A stretch of DNA of 64,000 nt from Eledone cirrhosa (taxonomy: Eukaryota). Shown here one piece after another: positions 62,401 through 64,000 of the stretch. Location of the stretch: assembly GCA_964016885.1 (NCBI GenBank), contig OZ024742.1, forward strand, positions 368,032,001-368,096,000. The letters run 5' to 3'. Position 1 is the stretch's first letter, and every line of letters begins with the position of its first letter. A model generated the notes under the pieces. It did not search any database. It was not told where the DNA came from and saw only the letters and a program-made list of their open reading frames with translations. Position numbers and translations under genes: made by a program.

Positions 62401-64000
62401 GTCAGTGAGTGGTTTACTATGTTGTGTCAGTGAGTGGTTTACTATGTTGTGTCAGTGAGAGAGTGGTTTACTATGTTGTGTCAGTGAGAGTGGTTTACTA
62501 TGTTGTGTCAGTGAGTGGTTTACTATGTTGTGTCAGTGAGTGGTTTACTATGTTGTGTCAGTGAGAGAGTGGTTTACTATGTTGTGTCAGTGAGAGAGTG
62601 GTTTACTATGTTGTGTCAGTGAGAGAGTGGTTTACTATGTTGTGTCAGTGAGTGGTTTACTATGTTGTGTCAGTGAGTGGTTTACTATGTTGTGTCAGTG
62701 AGTGGTTTACTATGTTGTGTCAGTGAGTGGTTTACTATGTTGTGTCAGTGAGAGAGTGGTTTACTATGTTGTGTCAGTGAGTGGTTTACTATGATGTGTC
62801 TGTGAGAGACTGGTTTACTATGTTGTGTCAGTGAGTGGTTTACTATGTTGTGTCAGTGAGAGAGTGGTTTACTATGTTGTGTCAGTGAGTGGTTTACTAT
62901 GTTGTGTCTGTGAGAGAGAGGTTTACTATGTTGTGTCTGTGAGTGGTTTACTATGTTGTGTCAGTGAGAGAGTGGTTTACTATGTTGTGTCAGTGAGTGG
63001 TTTACTATGTTGTGTCAGTGAGAGAGTGGTTTACTATGTTGTGTCAGTGAGTAGTTTACTATGTTGTGTCTGTGAGAGAGTGGTTTACTATGTTGTGTCT
63101 GTGAGTGGTTTACTATGTTGTGTCAGTGAGAGAGTGGTTTACTATGTTGTGTCAGTGAGTGGTTTACTATGTTGTGTCAGTGTGAGAGTGGTTTACTATG
63201 TTGTGTCAGTGAGTGGTTTACTATGTTTTGTCAGTGAGAGGGTGGTTTACTATGTTGTGTCTGTGAGAGAGTGGTTTACTATGTTGTGTCTGTGAGAGAG
63301 TGGTTTACAATGTTGTGTCTGTGAGTGGTTTACTATGTTCTGTCAGTGAGGGAGTGGTTAACTATGTTGTGTCAGTGAGAGAGTGGTTTACTATGTTGTG
63401 TCAGTGAGAGAGTGGTTTACTATGTTGTGTCTGTGAGTGGTTTACTATGTTGTGTCAGTAAGAGAGTGGTTTACTATGTTGTGTCAGTGAGTGGTTTACT
63501 ATGTTGTGTCAGTGAGTGGTTTACTATGTTGTGTCAGTGAGAGAGTGGTTTACTATGTTGTGTCAGTGAGAGAGTGGTTTACTATGTTGTGTCAATGAGT
63601 GGTTTACTATGTTGTGTCTGTGAGAGAGTGGTTTACTATGTTGTGTCTGTGAGAGAGTGGTTTACTATGTTGTGTCAGTGAGTGGTTTACTATGTTGTGT
63701 CAGTGAGAGAGTGGTTTACTATGTTGTCTCAGTGAGAGAGTGGTTTACTATGTTGTGTCAGTGAGGGAGTGGTTTACTATGTTGTGTCTGTGAGTGGTTT
63801 ACTATGTTGTGTCAGTGAGTGGTTTACTATGTTGTGTCAGTGACAGAGTGGTTTACTATGTTGTGTCAGTGAGTGGTTTACTATGTTGTGTCAGTGAGTG
63901 GTTTACTATGTTGTGTCAGTGAGTGGTTTACTATGTTGTGTCAGTGACAGAGTGGTTTACTATGTTGTGTCAGTGAGTGGTTTACTATGTTGTGTCAGTG

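Larger units (their letters stand above)
1..64000 (+). repeat. Tandem satellite/minisatellite array; 25-bp monomer GTGGTTTACTATGTTGTGTCAGTGA interspersed with a 29-bp (+GAGA) monomer; runs off both window ends
   Basis: The monomer is readable continuously from base 1 to base 64000 in one orientation, with only scattered substitutions and rare indels. 64 kb at 25-29 bp per unit implies roughly 2,200-2,560 monomers. Confidence 0.99.

Noticed and set aside
1356-63295. All ORF-track entries (60-179 aa; Val/Cys/Tyr/Ser-rich) as protein-coding genes
   Set aside because: They are three-frame translations of the same monomer, and most start at the repeat's GTG. Their lengths are set only by the 25/29 order. 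There are no unique domains, termini or gene context.
1-64000. CRISPR array or CRISPR-like repeat-spacer system
   Set aside because: The unit length is CRISPR-like, but the repeats abut directly with no unique spacers. There is no leader, no cas gene and no clear palindrome.
1-64000. Giant repetitive protein under TGA recoding (TGA is the only + strand stop in the consensus)
   Set aside because: A lack of TAA/TAG is expected by chance in an A-poor 25-mer. Units of 25, 27 and 29 bp shift frame freely, and variants introduce TAA/TAG (TTTAATA, GAGATAG, GTAAG), so there is no sign of frame conservation.
1-64000. Plasmid iterons or phage/Borg-type intergenic tandem repeats
   Set aside because: Those are short arrays embedded among genes, and no non-repeat sequence exists here.
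1-64000. G-quadruplex or strong hairpin-forming array
   Set aside because: The consensus has only one GG per unit, GGG occurs only in scattered variants, and I see no substantial internal inverted repeat.
1-64000. Pure sequencing artefact or rolling-circle concatemer of one template
   Set aside because: Variants are shared hierarchically among blocks at many different offsets, which indicates a real mutational history. Individual block copy numbers could still be misassembled.

Overview
All 64,000 bases are one uninterrupted, head-to-tail tandem repeat array (minisatellite or satellite DNA), with no unique sequence and no array boundary in view. The monomer is 25 bp (GTGGTTTACTATGTTGTGTCAGTGA). 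It is interspersed with a 29-bp form carrying an extra GAGA, and a second common CAG/CTG dimorphism varies independently. The + strand is strongly G+T-rich (19 of 25 consensus bases), and no inversion was seen. I find no credible gene, RNA gene, CRISPR array or mobile element. Every listed ORF is a by-product of 25+29=54-bp alternation skipping the single TGA in the monomer. The informative structure is the order of monomer variants. Rare point variants mark nested tandem duplications (about 0.4, 0.8, 1.6, 1.9, 2.5/5.0, 3.4-3.5 and 4.6 kb). They also mark an irregular cassette that recurs about 20 times, variants confined to parts of the array, and a related block pair about 24.5 kb apart. The sequence looks eukaryotic, but neither the organism nor the function (telomeric, centromeric or neutral) can be determined from it. 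Duplication boundaries are approximate because they were read by eye.
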